Shown: positions 51,945 to 52,724 of the stretch, piece by piece
Layout: each line of letters opens with the position of its first letter
Numbering within the stretch: position 1 is the first letter of the stretch
Origin: a virus
DNA: 52,724 bases
Strand: one strand, 5' to 3'
Virus record (IMG/VR): IMGVR_UViG_3300013800_000015
Span: 1-52,724 of that record
The notes under the pieces: generated by a model
What the model saw: only the letters and a program-made list of their open reading frames with translations
The model's database searches: none
What the model was told of the DNA's origin: nothing
Made by a program: the position numbers and the translations under genes

Positions 51945-52724
51945 ATGGCAACAAAAGCGGCGAAAGCAGAGGCAACAGAAGTAGTGACACAAGGCAATAC
52001 GTCTGTTGCCTCTTATTCAGGCTACGAAGACATGGAATCATCCGGCTTCGAGAACCAAGACAACCGGGACTATGCCCTTCCCTTTTTAACTATCCTGCAA
52101 GGACTCAGCCCCCAACTAAAGGATGACAAATCCCTACGACAAGGCTTGCTATTTAACTCAGTGACGGGTGAAGCATTTGACGGTGACGAAGGAGTGCGAT
52201 TCATCCCATGCGCAACAAGACATTCCTTTCTGGAGTACGTCCCACGCAAGCTTGGCGGAGGCTTCGTAGCAGAGCACAAACTGGATTCCGAGGTAGTGAA
52301 AAACTGCCTGGAAACACAGGACTTCGGAAAGTATACCGTTGGCACAAACGAACTTATCGAAACGTACTATGTTTACGGTATTATCGATGGGGAGGAGGGT
52401 CCATGCCATGCTGCAATCTCGTTTAAGGCGATGTCAATCAAAAAGTTCAAGGGCTGGATGACGCAAGCCCGTACTATCCAGATTCAGCTTGAATCCGGAA
52501 AACGGATCAACGCTCCGCTGTTCTCACATGCCTACCGGCTGCGAACCATCGCAGAGAGTAATGCCAAAGGTGATTTTTACAACTGGAACATTAAGTTTGA
52601 TGGCGAGAACGCCGCAGCTTGCCGCTTGGCTCCGGACAGCGAACTGGTTCAAATGGCAGTTGCATTGAACAAGGTGGTACAGGAAGGCAAGGTGAAAGTT
52701 GATCATGACTCGGTTAGCCGGTCG
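51945..52724 (+). CDS. 5' part of the junction-spanning gene. The full product is about 271 aa. Possible ssDNA-binding/annealing protein with an acidic, aromatic-ended tail.
   Basis: RBS aaaggagcaatacaATG. The frame stays open to the window end and continues at base 1 to TAA 112-114. It is absent from the ORF track because no stop lies inside the window. The functional guess rests on the C-terminal tail and its position next to replication genes. Confidence 0.65.
   Translation, partial: MATKAAKAEATEVVTQGNTSVASYSGYEDMESSGFENQDNRDYALPFLTILQGLSPQLKDDKSLRQGLLFNSVTGEAFDGDEGVRFIPCATRHSFLEYVPRKLGGGFVAEHKLDSEVVKNCLETQDFGKYTVGTNELIETYYVYGIIDGEEGPCHAAISFKAMSIKKFKGWMTQARTIQIQLESGKRINAPLFSHAYRLRTIAESNAKGDFYNWNIKFDGENAAACRLAPDSELVQMAVALNKVVQEGKVKVDHDSVSRS

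Noticed and set aside
1-52724. Lysogeny module, tRNA genes, rRNA, CRISPR arrays.
   Set aside because: No integrase- or recombinase-like ORF was seen. The two HTH proteins sit inside the replication operon. No sequence with a T-loop GGTTCGAATCC-type signature or cloverleaf was found by eye. A dedicated tRNA scan should confirm this.

Overview
The window is a complete tailed dsDNA phage genome. Bases 1-78 are identical to 52647-52724, so the contig is closed, with a unit length of about 52,646 bp. There are two convergent arms. The plus-strand early and replication arm runs from 42.08 kb through the junction to 14.96 kb. It encodes an SNF2 helicase, an NPPY DNA methyltransferase, many small ORFs, an SSB-like gene that spans the junction, a RecD/Dda-like helicase, a family A DNA polymerase, a two-domain beta-clamp homolog, a VRR-NUC nuclease, a primase-helicase, an AT-rich island with a single-chain type IIG-like restriction-modification enzyme, and a small accessory-gene block ending in a secreted DUF4114/PEP-CTERM protein. 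The minus-strand late arm runs from 41.5 kb to 15.03 kb. It encodes a ParB-methyltransferase, TerS, TerL, portal, an HslV/proteasome-like Ntn hydrolase, a MuF-like protein, scaffold, a P22-like coat protein, connectors, the tail tube, a G/GT frameshift chaperone, the tape measure, a lambda-like M-L-K-I/J tail-tip set, fibre genes, an embedded spanin pair and a phospholipase-A2-like protein. No integrase, tRNA, CRISPR array or reverse transcriptase was seen. Signals the ORF track does not explain: (1) eight copies of one sigma70-type promoter plus leader cassette, one of them an orphan pointing antisense into the head genes; (2) a second conserved leader family in the 45.7-48.1 kb module; (3) a duplicated 35-nt element in front of the two accessory ORFs; (4) an (ATG)9 poly-Met microsatellite inside the ParB-methyltransferase; (5) a classic A_AAA_AAC -1 frameshift site; (6) several mini-ORFs under 60 aa; (7) a 570-bp AT-rich divergent control region. 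All functional calls come from motif recognition by eye. No database search was run.
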